Shown piece after piece: positions 49,648 through 64,000 of a DNA stretch of 64,000 bases. A program made the translations under genes and the position numbers. The stretch is from Candidatus Sumerlaeia bacterium. GTDB lineage: Bacteria > Sumerlaeota > Sumerlaeia > SLMS01 > JANRJK01. The notes beneath the pieces are model-generated. The model worked only from the letters and a program-made list of their open reading frames with translations, was not told the DNA's origin and searched no databases. The stretch spans positions 96,001 through 160,000 of the forward strand of contig JANRJK010000055.1 in assembly GCA_033764015.1 (NCBI GenBank). Direction: 5' to 3'. How positions within the stretch are numbered: the first letter of the stretch is position 1; every line of letters begins with the position of its first letter.

Positions 49648-52017
49648 CTACCAGCGCGCCGCGGGGCGGGGAATCGCCCGCGGGCGCGACTCCTCGACCG
49701 CGGGCGCCTCCGCGGCGGGTTCGTCGTAGGCGTCGCCGGACGGGACGGGCTCCGTGCCGTCCCCGACGCGTCCCGCCTCCGGGTCCGGCGCGGGCACCGG
49801 CGGCTCGGGTTCGGGAAGGGCCGCCTCGACAGGCACGCCGGGAAGCGAGAGGACGGCGCGGTGCTCCGCGGGCTTGCGGCGCCACAGCTCGTTCGCGACG
49901 CGCGCCCAAAGCGGCCCCGCCGTCCGGCCGCCGGTCCAGCCGTCGCCCATCGCCAGCGGGCGGTCGAAGCCCACCCACGCGACGATCGTCTCCTCCGGCG
50001 TGAAGCCGGCGAACCAGGCGTCGCGGTTGCTGTTCGTGGTGCCGGTCTTCCCCGCGGCGCGGAGCGCCAACTCGGGGTCGAGCAGTTCCGCCGTGCCCCG
50101 CCCGGTCCCCGTGGTGATCGCCGTGTGGAGCATCGCCGCGAGCGTGTCCGCCGCGGCGGAGGAGAGGACGCGCTCCGGCGTGGTCGAAGCGCGCAGCCCC
50201 GCGTCGCGTCCCGCGCTGTTGGAAGCGCGGCGGACGAAGGCGGGCCCGCGCGCCTCGCCGGAATTCGCGAGCGCCTGGTACGCCGCAGCCATCTCGAGCG
50301 GCGTCGCCTCGCTCGCGCCGAGCACCACGCTCCACTCCTCCGGCAGGCGCCAGGGTTCCGCGCCGTGCCGCTGGAACCGCGCGACCGTCGCGAGCGCCGG
50401 ATCCAGGCCGATGCGCTGCACCAGCCGGATCACGCCGACGTTGGACGAATGCGCGAGCGCCTGCTCGACCGTGATCTGTCCGCGGAACACGCCGCCGTAG
50501 TTGCGCGGCGCGAACCCGTTCGGGAACTCGAGCGGCGTGTCGGAAACGAAATCGCCGCGCTCGACGCCGCGCTCCAGCGCGGCCGCGTAGAAGAAGGGCT
50601 TGATGGTCGAACCCGGCTGGCGGCGCGCCTGCACCGCGCGGTTGAAGGAGCCCACCAGCGGCTGGCCGCCCACCGCCCGCCCGCCCGCCAGCGCGAGCAC
50701 CTCGCCGCTGTCGTTGTCGATCACCACCACCGCGCCCTGCAGCGGCGACGCCGGAAGCAGCCGCGCCTGGAAGAGGCGCTTCGCCGGATCGAGCGACAGC
50801 ACCTGCAGGTCGACCCCCGCGCCGGCGACGACGCCGGCCTCCTCGCTGAAGTACGCCGCCGCCGCGTCCGGCACCGGCACGTCCCCGCGCCACCCCCCCG
50901 GTAGCTCCACCACCAGCGAACGCGAGAAGCGCCGCACCACCGTGCCCATGCGGACCTGTCCCGCCTCCGGCTGCTCGAAGAACGCCGCGTCCGACCGCGC
51001 CTCCTCGAAGCGCTTGCGCCGCGCGGGGAAGAACTCCGGCTCGATCGCGGCGAGGTGCTCCGCGAGCGCCGTCTCCGCGATGCGCTGCGCGTCCGGATCG
51101 ACCGTGCTGTGGATCGTGAGCCCGGCGGTCTGCAGGTCGGTGCCTTCCAGCTGCGGCATCGCGGCAAGCTCGCGCCGGAGCGCGTCGATGAAGTGCGCCC
51201 CCGCCACGCCGCGCGCGGGGCGGTCCGGCGGCACCGGTTCCGGCGCCAGGATCGCCGCGTCGAACTCCGGCGGCGCGAGGTAGCCGAGCTGCAGCATCCG
51301 GCCCAGCACCTGGTCGCGCCGCGCGCGGGCCAGCCCCGGGTCGTTCACCGGAGTGAAGCGCTCCGGGCGCTGCGGCAGCCCCGCCAGCGTGGCCGCCTCG
51401 ACGACGTCCAGCTCCGAAGCGGACTTGCCGAAGCAGAGCTGCGCCGCCGCCTCGACGCCGTAGGCGCCGCCGCCCAGGTAGATCTGGTTCAGGTAGACCT
51501 CGAGGATCTGGTCCTTCGAGTACGCCCGCTCCATCTGCACCGCCACGAGCATCTCGCGCAGCTTGCGCTGCAGCGAGCGCTCGCGCCCCACCCGGTCCAC
51601 CAGGTTACGGGCGAGCTGCTGCGTGATCGTGGAAGCGCCCTGCGACGCCGTGCGCCGCACCGCGTTCAGCACCGCCGCCCGCAGGATCCCCCGGGGATCG
51701 ACCCCGAGGTGGGAGCGGAAATTGTGGTCCTCGATGGCGACGAAGCACTCCGGCAGCATCGGCGCCATCTCGCCGAGCCGCACCACGCGGCGGCGCTGCT
51801 CGAAGAGCGCCGCGTAGGGGCGCCCCTCGCGGTCGAGCACCGTGGTGGCCTCGGGGGGATCGTAGCGCTCGAAGTCCTCCAGCGGCGGCGCGTGGCCCAG
51901 CCACGCCGCAAGGCCGCCGTAGCCCGCGCCCACCGCCGCCACGGAGGCCGTGAACGCGATCCATCCGGCGGCGAGGAGGCCGCCGCGGGCCAGGCGTCGG
52001 GGCAGGGAGGCGATCAT
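49648..52017 (-). CDS. class A penicillin-binding protein (PBP1A family)
   Basis: AIEDHNF, GASTITQQL, RKLRE, YLNQIYLG; transpeptidase GSTIK, SSN, KTGT. Confidence 0.95.
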   Translation of the reverse strand: MIASLPRRLARGGLLAAGWIAFTASVAAVGAGYGGLAAWLGHAPPLEDFERYDPPEATTVLDREGRPYAALFEQRRRVVRLGEMAPMLPECFVAIEDHNFRSHLGVDPRGILRAAVLNAVRRTASQGASTITQQLARNLVDRVGRERSLQRKLREMLVAVQMERAYSKDQILEVYLNQIYLGGGAYGVEAAAQLCFGKSASELDVVEAATLAGLPQRPERFTPVNDPGLARARRDQVLGRMLQLGYLAPPEFDAAILAPEPVPPDRPARGVAGAHFIDALRRELAAMPQLEGTDLQTAGLTIHSTVDPDAQRIAETALAEHLAAIEPEFFPARRKRFEEARSDAAFFEQPEAGQVRMGTVVRRFSRSLVVELPGGWRGDVPVPDAAAAYFSEEAGVVAGAGVDLQVLSLDPAKRLFQARLLPASPLQGAVVVIDNDSGEVLALAGGRAVGGQPLVGSFNRAVQARRQPGSTIKPFFYAAALERGVERGDFVSDTPLEFPNGFAPRNYGGVFRGQITVEQALAHSSNVGVIRLVQRIGLDPALATVARFQRHGAEPWRLPEEWSVVLGASEATPLEMAAAYQALANSGEARGPAFVRRASNSAGRDAGLRASTTPERVLSSAAADTLAAMLHTAITTGTGRGTAELLDPELALRAAGKTGTTNSNRDAWFAGFTPEETIVAWVGFDRPLAMGDGWTGGRTAGPLWARVANELWRRKPAEHRAVLSLPGVPVEAALPEPEPPVPAPDPEAGRVGDGTEPVPSGDAYDEPAAEAPAVEESRPRAIPRPAARW

Positions 52018-52198
52018 GGCGCCAGCGCCCCCCGCGAAGCCCAACAGGCTCAAGTTCAATCGCCTGCGCCACCCGCAAACCGATAACGATGAGGGAGTTT
52101 CTCGTTGCTCCTTGGCGTTGGCCACGAAACCCTTTTACTTCTGCTGAACACAACGCTCTCGAACCGTCGAGGCCATACCCGCAACGGAGCTCCACCCC

Positions 52199-54286
52199 AT
52201 GAAGGTCTATCGCACCGAACAAATCAGAAACGTCGCCCTCACGGGGCATTCCGGTTCGGGGAAGACAACGCTGGCGGAGGCGCTCCTGTTTCGCAACGGC
52301 TCCATCCCCAAGATGGGGCGCACCGAAACCAAGAACACGCAGTCCGACTACGACCCCGTCGAGCAGGAGCGCCAGATCTCCGTCAACGTGTCGCTGCTCC
52401 CCGTCGACACCGAGTCGCACAAGTTCAACATCATCGACTGCCCCGGCTCCCGCGACTTCGTCGGCGACATGAAGAACGGCATCCGCGTCGCCGAAATGTC
52501 GCTCCTGGTCCTCGACGCCGTCGGCGCGGTCGAGGTCGGGACCGAGTTCGCCTGGGACTACTCGCTCGAGTACCAGGTCCCGCGCGCCGTCTTCGTGAAC
52601 AAGATGGACAAGGACCGCGCGAACTTCCGCCGCTGCCTCGACTCCGTCGCCGCCGCCTTCGAGACGCAGGTGGTCGCCCTCACGCTCCCGATCGGGGAAG
52701 GCACCGAATTCAAGGGCGTCATCGACCTGCTCCGCATGAAGGCCGTCTACGAGGACGAGCGCGGCGTCGAGCGGCTCGAGGAGATCCCCGCGGCGATGCG
52801 CGCCGAGGCGGACGCCGCCCGCAAGGCGATGATCGAGGCCGCCGCCGAGGGCGACGACGAACTCACCGAGAAGTTCCTCATGGAGGAGGAACTGTCCCTC
52901 GAAGAGGTCATGCGCGGCCTCCGCGAGGACCTCGTCGACGGACGCTGGGTCCCCGCGCTCTGCGGCAGCGCCACCTCCCTCAAGGGCCTTTCGATCCTGC
53001 AGCAGTTCCTCATCAACGAGTGCCCTTCGCCCGACCAGCGCCGCGGCTTCCACGTCCTGACAGACGACCACTCGGCGGAGCTCGTCCCCTTCAGCAGCGC
53101 CGGGCCGTTCAGCGCCTACGTCTTCAAGACCGTGAACGACGACTACGCCGGGCGCCTCTCGCTCTTCAAGGTCGTCACCGGCGAAGTCGCCGGCGACGGC
53201 ATCCTCGCAAACCTCAACCACCACCAGCAGGAGCGCGTCGGGCACGTCTTCGACGTCCGCGGCAAGGCCCAGCTGCCGGTCGAGAAGATCTGCACCGGCG
53301 ACATCGGCGCCTTCGCCAAGCTCACCTACACCCACACCGGCGACACCATCGCGGACCCGAAGTACACGGGCCGGGTCTACGAGATCACCCGCCTGCCCAA
53401 GCCCTCCGCGCACATGGCCCTCCACGTGAAGAACCGCACGGACGAGGACAAGATCTCGCTCACGCTGCACCGCATCCTCGAAGCCGACCCCACGCTCCAC
53501 CTCGAGCGCGACTCGGCGAACGCGCAGACGATCCTCCACGGCATGGGCGACACGCACCTCGAGGTGGCGCTCCTCCGCATCAAGGCCGCCGCGAAGGTCG
53601 AGGTGGAGCTGGTGCCGCCCCGCATCGCCTACCGCGAGACGATCACCCGCAAGGCCGAGGGCCAGGGTAAGTACAAGAAGCAATCGGGCGGGCGCGGACA
53701 GTACGGCGACTGCCACATCCGCTTCGAGCCGCTCGAGCGCGGCGGCGGCTTCCAGTTCGAGTGGGAGATCGTCGGCGGCGTCATCCCGACGAACTTCAAG
53801 GGCTCCGTCGAAAAGGGCCTCCTCGAATCGATCCACCACGGCACCCTCGCCGGCTTCCCCGTGGTCGACCTGAAGGCCGCCTGCTACTACGGCTCCTACC
53901 ACGCGGTCGACTCGTCCGACATGGCATTCCAGGTCGCGGCGTCGCTCGCGTTCAAGGAGGTCATCCCGAAGTGCGCCCCGGTGATCCTCGAACCGTTCCA
54001 CACGGTGACGGTCTTCGTGCCGGACCAGTACATGGGCGACGTCATGGGCTACATCTCCCAGCACCGCGGGCGCATCTCGGGCAACGAGTCGGAGTCGCAC
54101 AAGGTGACGATCATCGCCGAAATGCCGCAGGGCGAAATGCTGACCTTCAGCCGCGACCTCCGCAGCATGACGCAGGGGCGCGGCGTCTACGAGTCGGAAT
54201 TCTCGCACTACGAGGCGGCGCCGCCCCCGGTGCAGGAGAAGGTCATCGCCGACGCGAAGGAGTTCGCCGCGCAGCAGGCCGGCTAA
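52199..54286 (+). CDS. elongation factor G paralogue (EF-G2-like)
   Basis: GHSGSGKTT, ERQISV (not RGITI), DCPG, NKMD, KKQSGGRGQYG, HAVDSS; not in the str operon. Confidence 0.9.
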   Translation: MKVYRTEQIRNVALTGHSGSGKTTLAEALLFRNGSIPKMGRTETKNTQSDYDPVEQERQISVNVSLLPVDTESHKFNIIDCPGSRDFVGDMKNGIRVAEMSLLVLDAVGAVEVGTEFAWDYSLEYQVPRAVFVNKMDKDRANFRRCLDSVAAAFETQVVALTLPIGEGTEFKGVIDLLRMKAVYEDERGVERLEEIPAAMRAEADAARKAMIEAAAEGDDELTEKFLMEEELSLEEVMRGLREDLVDGRWVPALCGSATSLKGLSILQQFLINECPSPDQRRGFHVLTDDHSAELVPFSSAGPFSAYVFKTVNDDYAGRLSLFKVVTGEVAGDGILANLNHHQQERVGHVFDVRGKAQLPVEKICTGDIGAFAKLTYTHTGDTIADPKYTGRVYEITRLPKPSAHMALHVKNRTDEDKISLTLHRILEADPTLHLERDSANAQTILHGMGDTHLEVALLRIKAAAKVEVELVPPRIAYRETITRKAEGQGKYKKQSGGRGQYGDCHIRFEPLERGGGFQFEWEIVGGVIPTNFKGSVEKGLLESIHHGTLAGFPVVDLKAACYYGSYHAVDSSDMAFQVAASLAFKEVIPKCAPVILEPFHTVTVFVPDQYMGDVMGYISQHRGRISGNESESHKVTIIAEMPQGEMLTFSRDLRSMTQGRGVYESEFSHYEAAPPPVQEKVIADAKEFAAQQAG

Positions 54287-54317
54287 CCCAACCGTCCGGG
54301 CAGCGAAGGAATCCACC

Positions 54318-54346
54318 GCCGGTTGGAGCGAAACGCTCCAGCCGGC
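54318..54346 (+). terminator. hairpin after the EF-G paralogue
   Basis: GCCGGTTGGAGCG-AAA-CGCTCCAGCCGGC followed by a pyrimidine-rich run. Confidence 0.55.
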
Positions 54347-54454
54347 CTTCCTGTTCTCCGCAATGCCCCGTTATTCGGATTGACCCCCCGGCGCGACAAT
54401 CCGGCCCTATCGGGACTCCCGAGTAGTGCAGCCTTGAAGAGCCGGTGATCAGGC

Positions 54455-54772
54455 ATGACCAAAGCCAAGGTGGTCGCGGTGCTCATGGAGCGGACGGGCT
54501 TGTCCCGCCGTGACGCGACGGTCGCTGTGGAAGTGTTCATGGACCAAGTGAAGGCGGGCTTGTCGCGCGACGAGAAGGTCTCCCTCGTCGGATTCGGCAC
54601 GTTTTACGTCAAGGTCCAGCGGGCGCGCCAAGGGCGCAACCCGCGGACCGGCCAGTCCATCGCCATCCCAGAGAAGCGCGTGACCGTGTTCAAGCCCGGC
54701 AAGTCGTTCCGCGCCATGGTGAATGGCCTCAGCGAGGATGAGGTCTCCGACGACGACGGCGGGGACGAGTAG
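54455..54772 (+). CDS. HU/IHF-family DNA-binding protein
   Basis: MTKA, VSLVGFGTF, RQGRNPRTG, FKPGK; acidic tail. Confidence 0.95.
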   Translation: MTKAKVVAVLMERTGLSRRDATVAVEVFMDQVKAGLSRDEKVSLVGFGTFYVKVQRARQGRNPRTGQSIAIPEKRVTVFKPGKSFRAMVNGLSEDEVSDDDGGDE

Positions 54773-54782
54773 CCCGCGCCCT

Positions 54783-57059
54783 CTACGGCTTGGCGGCTCT
54801 GAACGGCACCTGCTGCGACGGGTCCGCGATCATGGAAACGAGCCGGTCCAGGTCGGTCGGCGCCTTCGCGGCCACGGCCGGCCCGAGCTCCCGCTGCAGC
54901 CGCTCCCGGTGGGCCGCCGATAGGCGCGCCAGATCCGGCGTCGCCGCCAGCAGCGCCTCCGCGCGCGCATAGCCCGCAAGCGCCAGCGTCGGGTCCGCCG
55001 CATGGTCCGCGAGGAACTGCGCCAGGTTGAACCACGCGCGTCCCTCGCTGTCGACGTCGCCCACCGCTTGGCTGATCTGCAGCGCGCCGCGCATCAGCCG
55101 CAGCGCCCCTTCCACATCGCCGCTCGATTCCGCCAGATCCGCGAACCGCATGGTCGCCTGGCTCGCGAGCGGCGTGTCGCCGATCCTAAGCGCCGTGCTG
55201 ACAAGCTGCGGGTAGATGTCGGCGGCTTCCGCGGTGCGCCCGAGCAGCGCGAGGCCGTCGCACATCTTCAAGCCGGCCACCACCGAGCGCCGGATCGTTT
55301 CGGGGCTGCGGTCGAAGCCTTCCGACAGCGCCGCGAGGTACTGCTTGTAGGCGGCGACCGACTCCTCGTTCCGCCCAGCGGCCAGATAGGTGTCCGCCAG
55401 CGACAGCATCACATCAAGGTTCGCCGGCTCGATCCCCCGCGCCTCCTCGAGGCGGGCGATCGCCTCCTCCACATCGCCGAACTGGGTGCCCAGCCGCCCC
55501 CAGAGCATCAACGTCCCGAGGTCCGGGCTGAAGAGCATCGGCAGCAAACGCAGTTCGTCATACGCGGCGCGCATCAGCCCTTGGTTTCCCTCGACCTCGC
55601 CGAGGCGGGCCATCAAGGCGGGGAGCAACCTGCGAGCCGCCGGGCTGTAAGGGTTGATCTTGATCGCTTCCTTCACCGCGCTGATCGCTTCCTCCAGCGC
55701 GCCGCCGGAGGCGAGCAATTCCGCGTAGCGCACATGCACCTTGGTGTCGTCCGGGTTCAACTTCTTCGCCAGCAGGATCTCGTCGAAGTCGGCATGCTTC
55801 CGGGTGGCGAACTGGTAGGTGACATCCAACGCGGTCACCAACAACAGCCCCGCGATGCCACCGTAACGAATGGTGCGCGCCACCGGCGACCGTCCAGCCA
55901 GCCAGCTTGCCGCGCCCGTCAGATATTCCGAAGCTGCATTACCCGCTCCCGAGGAGGCGGCCGTGCCCTTACCGAGGAGCAACTGGGCGATCCGTCCGTC
56001 GCGCAACTTCCAGATCGCGCCATCCAGCATGAAGTGGTGGATGTTCACCAGCGCGGTGAAGATCAGAAAGCTCTCCGTGAAATCGAAACTAAACGCGCGG
56101 CTCACAAACCAAGGCCCTGGCACGAACAACGCCATCCCGCCGACGATGAGGATGCCAAAGTACCGCCACGGCCGCCAAACACCCGAACCGCGAAGGCCCG
56201 CCTCTGTTTCCTTCCTCGCATAGAAGAAATTGATCCAAAGATACTGTGCGCAATGCATGAACGCCAAGGTGCCGGTCGAGTAATACACCGCCGGAACCGC
56301 GCTTCCCAGTATCTCGTACAACGCTGGAACGAGGAACCACATGCCTTGCGTGCAGGCAAGCGCGGTCACCGGGATCGCCCGCCGGAATCCAACTTGTGGA
56401 ATCCACCGAAACAGCACATAAGTGACGGACCCGGCGAAGAACACCAGAAGCGCCCACCGGATGCTGTTCACCCAGAAGCCGAAGTTGTCGAAGTGCTTCT
56501 GGATCCAAGGACCCGCCTGTAGAAGATTCGGATCGGCCCCGCCGCTCGCTGCTTGGATCGACACCAGCATGATCAGGTATCCTGAAACGTAACCCCACTG
56601 GAGCAGATTGCGTTCGGTCAAGGTGGGATTGATCCCCCGCTTTCGGGCGAACATCATCGTGAGTCCGAAGTTCTGCCCAGTGTAATGGTAAGGGCTCCAC
56701 AATAGATAAAAAGTCACGAAGTAGGGAACGAGATTCACCCGGTCCCCGAACAACATATGGGAAGTGTGGGTGATCGCCGCTGTCCCGACAAAGAGCGCGG
56801 TCACATAGATCGTGAAGAAGCGATACTTCTCGAAATCCGCCTTCGTCCCATACGCGCGATAGATCGTCGCCATGTAGTGAGGGTAATTGCAGACAAAGGA
56901 GAGAATATAAAACGCAAAGGCAAGCGCCACCCCGTACTGGAGGTTGAGTTGGTGCGTGATTAGAAGAAACGGCAGTGACCAAAGCCCGCACCCGATCAGT
57001 AGGTCGGCCTTCGGCCCGATGTACCACGAACTGGATCCTGCTGCTGCTGTCGCCGCCAT
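54783..57059 (-). CDS. polytopic membrane protein with His motifs fused to C-terminal TPR repeats
   Basis: About 10 TM helices with [22 protein letters not shown] and [12 protein letters not shown]; TPRs in the C-terminal part. Confidence 0.8.
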   Translation of the reverse strand: MAATAAAGSSSWYIGPKADLLIGCGLWSLPFLLITHQLNLQYGVALAFAFYILSFVCNYPHYMATIYRAYGTKADFEKYRFFTIYVTALFVGTAAITHTSHMLFGDRVNLVPYFVTFYLLWSPYHYTGQNFGLTMMFARKRGINPTLTERNLLQWGYVSGYLIMLVSIQAASGGADPNLLQAGPWIQKHFDNFGFWVNSIRWALLVFFAGSVTYVLFRWIPQVGFRRAIPVTALACTQGMWFLVPALYEILGSAVPAVYYSTGTLAFMHCAQYLWINFFYARKETEAGLRGSGVWRPWRYFGILIVGGMALFVPGPWFVSRAFSFDFTESFLIFTALVNIHHFMLDGAIWKLRDGRIAQLLLGKGTAASSGAGNAASEYLTGAASWLAGRSPVARTIRYGGIAGLLLVTALDVTYQFATRKHADFDEILLAKKLNPDDTKVHVRYAELLASGGALEEAISAVKEAIKINPYSPAARRLLPALMARLGEVEGNQGLMRAAYDELRLLPMLFSPDLGTLMLWGRLGTQFGDVEEAIARLEEARGIEPANLDVMLSLADTYLAAGRNEESVAAYKQYLAALSEGFDRSPETIRRSVVAGLKMCDGLALLGRTAEAADIYPQLVSTALRIGDTPLASQATMRFADLAESSGDVEGALRLMRGALQISQAVGDVDSEGRAWFNLAQFLADHAADPTLALAGYARAEALLAATPDLARLSAAHRERLQRELGPAVAAKAPTDLDRLVSMIADPSQQVPFRAAKP

Positions 57060-57156
57060 GTGACCGCCATTTCGGATGCTGTGCCGGGCGCGCGCGCGAC
57101 GGCAACAATCGAGTAAGGCCCCACGCAGCCCTCTGCAAGGCCAACCGTGCCCGCGG

Positions 57157-58479
57157 TCATCGGAGGCGGCGTTTGATCCGCTCGAGAAGCGACTCGCCGG
57201 CGGTCGCGGGCTCCGCGCTCCGCCACCAGTCCACCAATCCAGAGGCCGGCGGCGCGGGCCAGCGCGGCGCCCCCGCGTCCAACCAGCGCAGCGCGGGCTC
57301 CATCGTCGCCGTGAACGCGACACCAGCCAGCCACGCCAGACCGCGCCGACGGTCGCTGTCGCGCGCCCCTGCATCCCGTCGCGCCGCGCGGACGACCGCC
57401 GCCACGGCGTCCTGCCCCGTCGCGTCGGCCGCGAGGTCCGCCGCGACCAGCTCGCGCTCGACCTCCGCCAACGTCGACACGACAGGCCGCACGCCCCAGC
57501 GCACCTGCGCCAGGAGCCGGTTGCGGCTGCCGAGGTACGCCTCCGGAACCTCCCGGTCGATCAACACCGAGGCCCCTGCATGCGCCAGCACCGCTTCCTC
57601 CACGCCGGAGGCCGGCGTGCCCAGGTCCACCAGACGGTCCTGGCCACCGACAGCCGCCAGCAGCGCCCCGCGCACACGCTCGCCGGCGTCCCCCGTCGGG
57701 ATTCCGGCGAGCACGGCGACCAGTTGCGGATCCCGTTCGAGCGACCGGCGCAGCAGCGAGCCGGTCGCCTCCGGATCGAGCCACACGTTCCAGCTTCCAC
57801 CAAAGACCACCAAGGGCGCTTCAGGCGCGACGCCGCGCTGGGCCAGTGCGCGCGGGAAGGGGGGCGCCGGCGCCCACTCCGTCCACGCGTCGGGCACCGC
57901 GCAAGGAATCGAGGCCACGCGAGCCGCCGCACCCGGGTCGGCGCCGAGGCGCCCAAGCAGACCGAGCTGCGCAATCAGCGCCAGCCGCTGCGGCCCGCTC
58001 ACCGTCGAAAACGCGTCGCCGCGCGCGAGCCCCGCACGCATCAGGCGCCACACTTGGTCCCGGCGCGGCACGTCGAACGGCGCGCCGGGGGAACTCTGCA
58101 ACGCGTGCAGCTCCGCGAGTGGGTCGCCGAAGAAATCGACCCAGCAGGGGAGGCCGAGGTGCTCCGCGAGCGCTGCGGCCGCGGCTGCGGGCATCACCGA
58201 ACCCACGCCGAAGACCGCATCCGCACCCCTCTCGAGCGCGCCCGCGGTGTGCGCCGCATCGAGGATGCGCTCCGGGGGCACGGCGCAGGCACCCGCCGCT
58301 CCGGCCACGGCGATGCCGGCGCGCGCCTCCGCCTCGAGCAGGACGAGCCGCACCCGGTGCCCCGCGGCGATCAGCGGCTCGGCGAACTGGCGCGCGCGGA
58401 TCGCGGGGCCCGTCACCGCCGCGCCCGGCTCGAGGGGCCAAGGTCCCGCTCCGAAAAGGACGATGGATTTGGGCGCCAC
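57157..58479 (-). CDS. GT-B (GT4-like) glycosyltransferase
   Basis: AGGAG SD then [44 protein letters not shown]. Confidence 0.7.
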   Translation of the reverse strand: MAPKSIVLFGAGPWPLEPGAAVTGPAIRARQFAEPLIAAGHRVRLVLLEAEARAGIAVAGAAGACAVPPERILDAAHTAGALERGADAVFGVGSVMPAAAAAALAEHLGLPCWVDFFGDPLAELHALQSSPGAPFDVPRRDQVWRLMRAGLARGDAFSTVSGPQRLALIAQLGLLGRLGADPGAAARVASIPCAVPDAWTEWAPAPPFPRALAQRGVAPEAPLVVFGGSWNVWLDPEATGSLLRRSLERDPQLVAVLAGIPTGDAGERVRGALLAAVGGQDRLVDLGTPASGVEEAVLAHAGASVLIDREVPEAYLGSRNRLLAQVRWGVRPVVSTLAEVERELVAADLAADATGQDAVAAVVRAARRDAGARDSDRRRGLAWLAGVAFTATMEPALRWLDAGAPRWPAPPASGLVDWWRSAEPATAGESLLERIKRRLR

Positions 58480-58588
58480 GGCGGGGCTCCTAGCGAATCG
58501 GCGACTGCGTTTCGATGAGCATTGCCCGGCCAACGGCGGGCAAGCAGCCTTCCCTACGGGCATCGGCCCGCGAAAGGAATGTTCTCCC

Positions 58589-59461
58589 ATGATGGACCAG
58601 AGCCGACTCGGCTGGAAGACCAGCATCATCCTCGCCGCCGCGTTCGCCCTTTCCGGCTGCGGCGACAAGTCAGCCCAAGCCCCCGTTGAGCGCCCCGCCG
58701 CCCAGGCCCCCGCGAAGGAAGCCGCCCAGAGCACCGGGGCCGCCGCCGGGAAGACCGCCGAAACAGCGCAGGAGGCGTCCACCCATCTCGCAGCGGGAGC
58801 GAAGGACGCCCTCGACGGCGCCGCGAAGGGTCTCGGCGACGCCGCCAACGAAGCTAAGAAGTCCGCCGAAGAGGCCGCCAAGCAGGCGAAGGCGGACGCC
58901 GAGGCCGCCGCCGCCGACGCCAAGAAGGCCGCGGACGACGCCGCGGCCGCAGCGAAGAAGTCCGCGGAGGACGCCGCCGCCAAGGTCAAGTCCGACGCCC
59001 AAGCCGCCGTCGGCGGCACCGCCAAGGCCGCGGAGAGCGCTGTCGGTGGCGCGCTCGGCTCCCTCGGCGGCCTCACCGGCAAGGCCAAGGAAACCGTCGA
59101 CAGCACCGTCGGCGCTGTCGCGGGCCTCCCCGGTGGCCTCAAGGCCGAGATCACGCAGGCCGGTTCCGGCGCCGTCGCGGAGCCCGGCAAGACCGTCTTC
59201 GTCCACTACACGGGCCGCCTCAACGATGCGAACGGCACCAAGTTCGACTCCTCCTTGGACCGCGGCGAGCCGTTCTCCTTCCCCCTGGGCGCCGGCCGCG
59301 TCATCAAGGGCTGGGACGAAGGCGTGAAGGGCATGTTGGTGGGCGAGAAGCGCGAACTGACGATCCCCGCGGACATGGGCTATGGCTCGAGGGGCGCCGG
59401 TGGCGTGATCCCCCCGGGCGCGACGCTATGGTTCGAGGTCGAGCTGCTCGACGTGAAGTAG
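58589..59461 (+). CDS. FKBP-type peptidyl-prolyl isomerase lipoprotein with Ala/Lys-rich linker
   Basis: Lipobox [44 protein letters not shown]. Confidence 0.95.
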   Translation: MMDQSRLGWKTSIILAAAFALSGCGDKSAQAPVERPAAQAPAKEAAQSTGAAAGKTAETAQEASTHLAAGAKDALDGAAKGLGDAANEAKKSAEEAAKQAKADAEAAAADAKKAADDAAAAAKKSAEDAAAKVKSDAQAAVGGTAKAAESAVGGALGSLGGLTGKAKETVDSTVGAVAGLPGGLKAEITQAGSGAVAEPGKTVFVHYTGRLNDANGTKFDSSLDRGEPFSFPLGAGRVIKGWDEGVKGMLVGEKRELTIPADMGYGSRGAGGVIPPGATLWFEVELLDVK

Positions 59462-60247
59462 GCCTGCGGGCTCTTCGATGAGGACGCGGAATCCGAAGTA
59501 GCGGTCCCGCGCCTCCGCGGGCCAGAAGCTCCGGCAAGCAGTCCGCAGCATGAAATTGTCGACCCAGAAAACCCCCGGGCGGAGCACTCCCAAGGCTCCG
59601 CCCGGATCCATTTTCCAGTCCACCAGCTCGCCGCCCGGATAGGCGCCGTAGCCGTTCGCGCACCACTCCATCGCGTTCCCGGTCATGTCGTGGAGCCCCC
59701 ACGCGTTCGGCCGCCACCGGCGCACCGCGCGCAACTCTCCCCCCGAGTTCCCCTGGTGCCAGGCGAAGCCATCGAGGCAGTCGTCGCGCTCGCCGCACGG
59801 GTAGGCGGTGCCGCTCCCCGCGCGGGCGGCGTACTCCCACTCCGCTTCCGTCGGCAGCCGCACGACGACGCCGAGCTTCGTTGAGGCCGCGGCGCACCAG
59901 GCCTCCGCGTCGAAGCGCGAAACGTTTCCCACGGGCAGGTCGGCCCCGCGCCACTCGGAGAGGTTCTCGAATCCGAGCGCTTCCCACTGAGCCTGGGTGA
60001 CCTCCGTCTCCCCCAGCCGGAATGGCTTCGTGAACCGCACCGTCGTCACGGGGCCCTCGTTCTCGTTCCGGCCCAGCTCGGTCCACGGCGAGCCCATCGC
60101 GAACGCGCCGGGCTCCACGCGCACGGCGCGCAGCTCGACCCCCTCCGCCAGGTGGAACACGGCGGGATCGGCGGGTTCCCCAAACGAAACCGCCGCCGCG
60201 AATGCGGCGGACGGGAGGGAAAGAAGAAGTGATCGGGAAAGGTTCAT
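59426..60247 (-). CDS. FGE-sulfatase (SUMF1-like) domain protein
   Basis: [46 protein letters not shown]. Confidence 0.88.
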   Translation of the reverse strand: MNLSRSLLLSLPSAAFAAAVSFGEPADPAVFHLAEGVELRAVRVEPGAFAMGSPWTELGRNENEGPVTTVRFTKPFRLGETEVTQAQWEALGFENLSEWRGADLPVGNVSRFDAEAWCAAASTKLGVVVRLPTEAEWEYAARAGSGTAYPCGERDDCLDGFAWHQGNSGGELRAVRRWRPNAWGLHDMTGNAMEWCANGYGAYPGGELVDWKMDPGGALGVLRPGVFWVDNFMLRTACRSFWPAEARDRYFGFRVLIEEPAGLLHVEQLDLEP

Positions 60248-60323
60248 GGTGGGTGGTAGAGGACTCGAACCTCTGACCTTCGCCATGTCAAGGCGACGCT
60301 CTAACCAACTGAGCTAACCACCC
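60247..60323 (-). tRNA. tRNA-Val(GAC)
   Basis: GGGTGGTTAGCTCAGTTGGTTAGAGCGTCGCCTTGACATGGCGAAGGTCAGAGGTTCGAGTCCTCTACCACCCACCA. Confidence 0.97.
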
Positions 60324-60337
60324 ACAGCAAGTCGGGG

Positions 60338-60365
60338 AGAGTAGCAGGCGACCGCCGCGCCGCAA
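60338..60365 (-). promoter_or_regulatory. candidate promoter of tRNA-Val
   Basis: TTGCGG-16 nt-TACTCT with extended -10 TG on the minus strand. Confidence 0.5.
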
Positions 60366-60429
60366 GGGGAAATGTGCGCAGCGCGCGCCGGTGCCCGGGG
60401 GGGCGCCGGCGCGCGCTGCCGCCAAGCTG

Positions 60430-64000
<3,571 letters not shown>

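Noticed and set aside
58840..59000. Repeated [18 protein letters not shown] units
   Set aside because: Low-complexity coding linker of the FKBP lipoprotein, not a DNA repeat array

Overview
A very GC-rich bacterial chromosomal segment. The lineage cannot be established here; dockerin-like DxNxDGxxDAAD modules and a Ser/Thr kinase-TPR protein hint at a Sumerlaeota/PVC-like organism (inference only). It is mostly housekeeping: XPB helicase plus a large partner, icd, thiC with a TPP riboswitch, bioB, xseA, recO, trmD, PBP1A, an EF-G paralogue, HU, FKBP, katG, the 3' part of ppdK, envelope glycosylation genes and three tRNAs. Several lower-GC accessory patches interrupt it (about 9.7-10.7, 13.0-16.8, 34.7-37.6, 43.4-44.4 and 55.7-57.1 kb). 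Best leads: (1) a TPP riboswitch with two extra hairpins inserted in the normally tiny J4/5 junction; (2) XPB paired with a 923-aa XPB-NTD-like/AT-hook/WYL-like protein, possibly a bacterial XPB-p52-like module; (3) tandem FGE/CLec-fold secreted proteins with DGR-target-like C-termini, each preceded by a conserved ~70-nt hairpin; (4) a DUF433/PIN toxin-antitoxin cassette bracketed by a 39-bp duplication of the thiC 3' end; (5) a low-GC island with a Cys-rich secreted protein and a DUF1573-like gene split by one in-frame TGA; (6) BioB with a SlyD-like His/Cys tail; (7) a structured uORF leader before a MATE pump; (8) a probable start codon overlapping the CCA of tRNA-Val. No CRISPR array, integrase, transposase or reverse transcriptase was seen. 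All family calls are by motif recognition, not database search.
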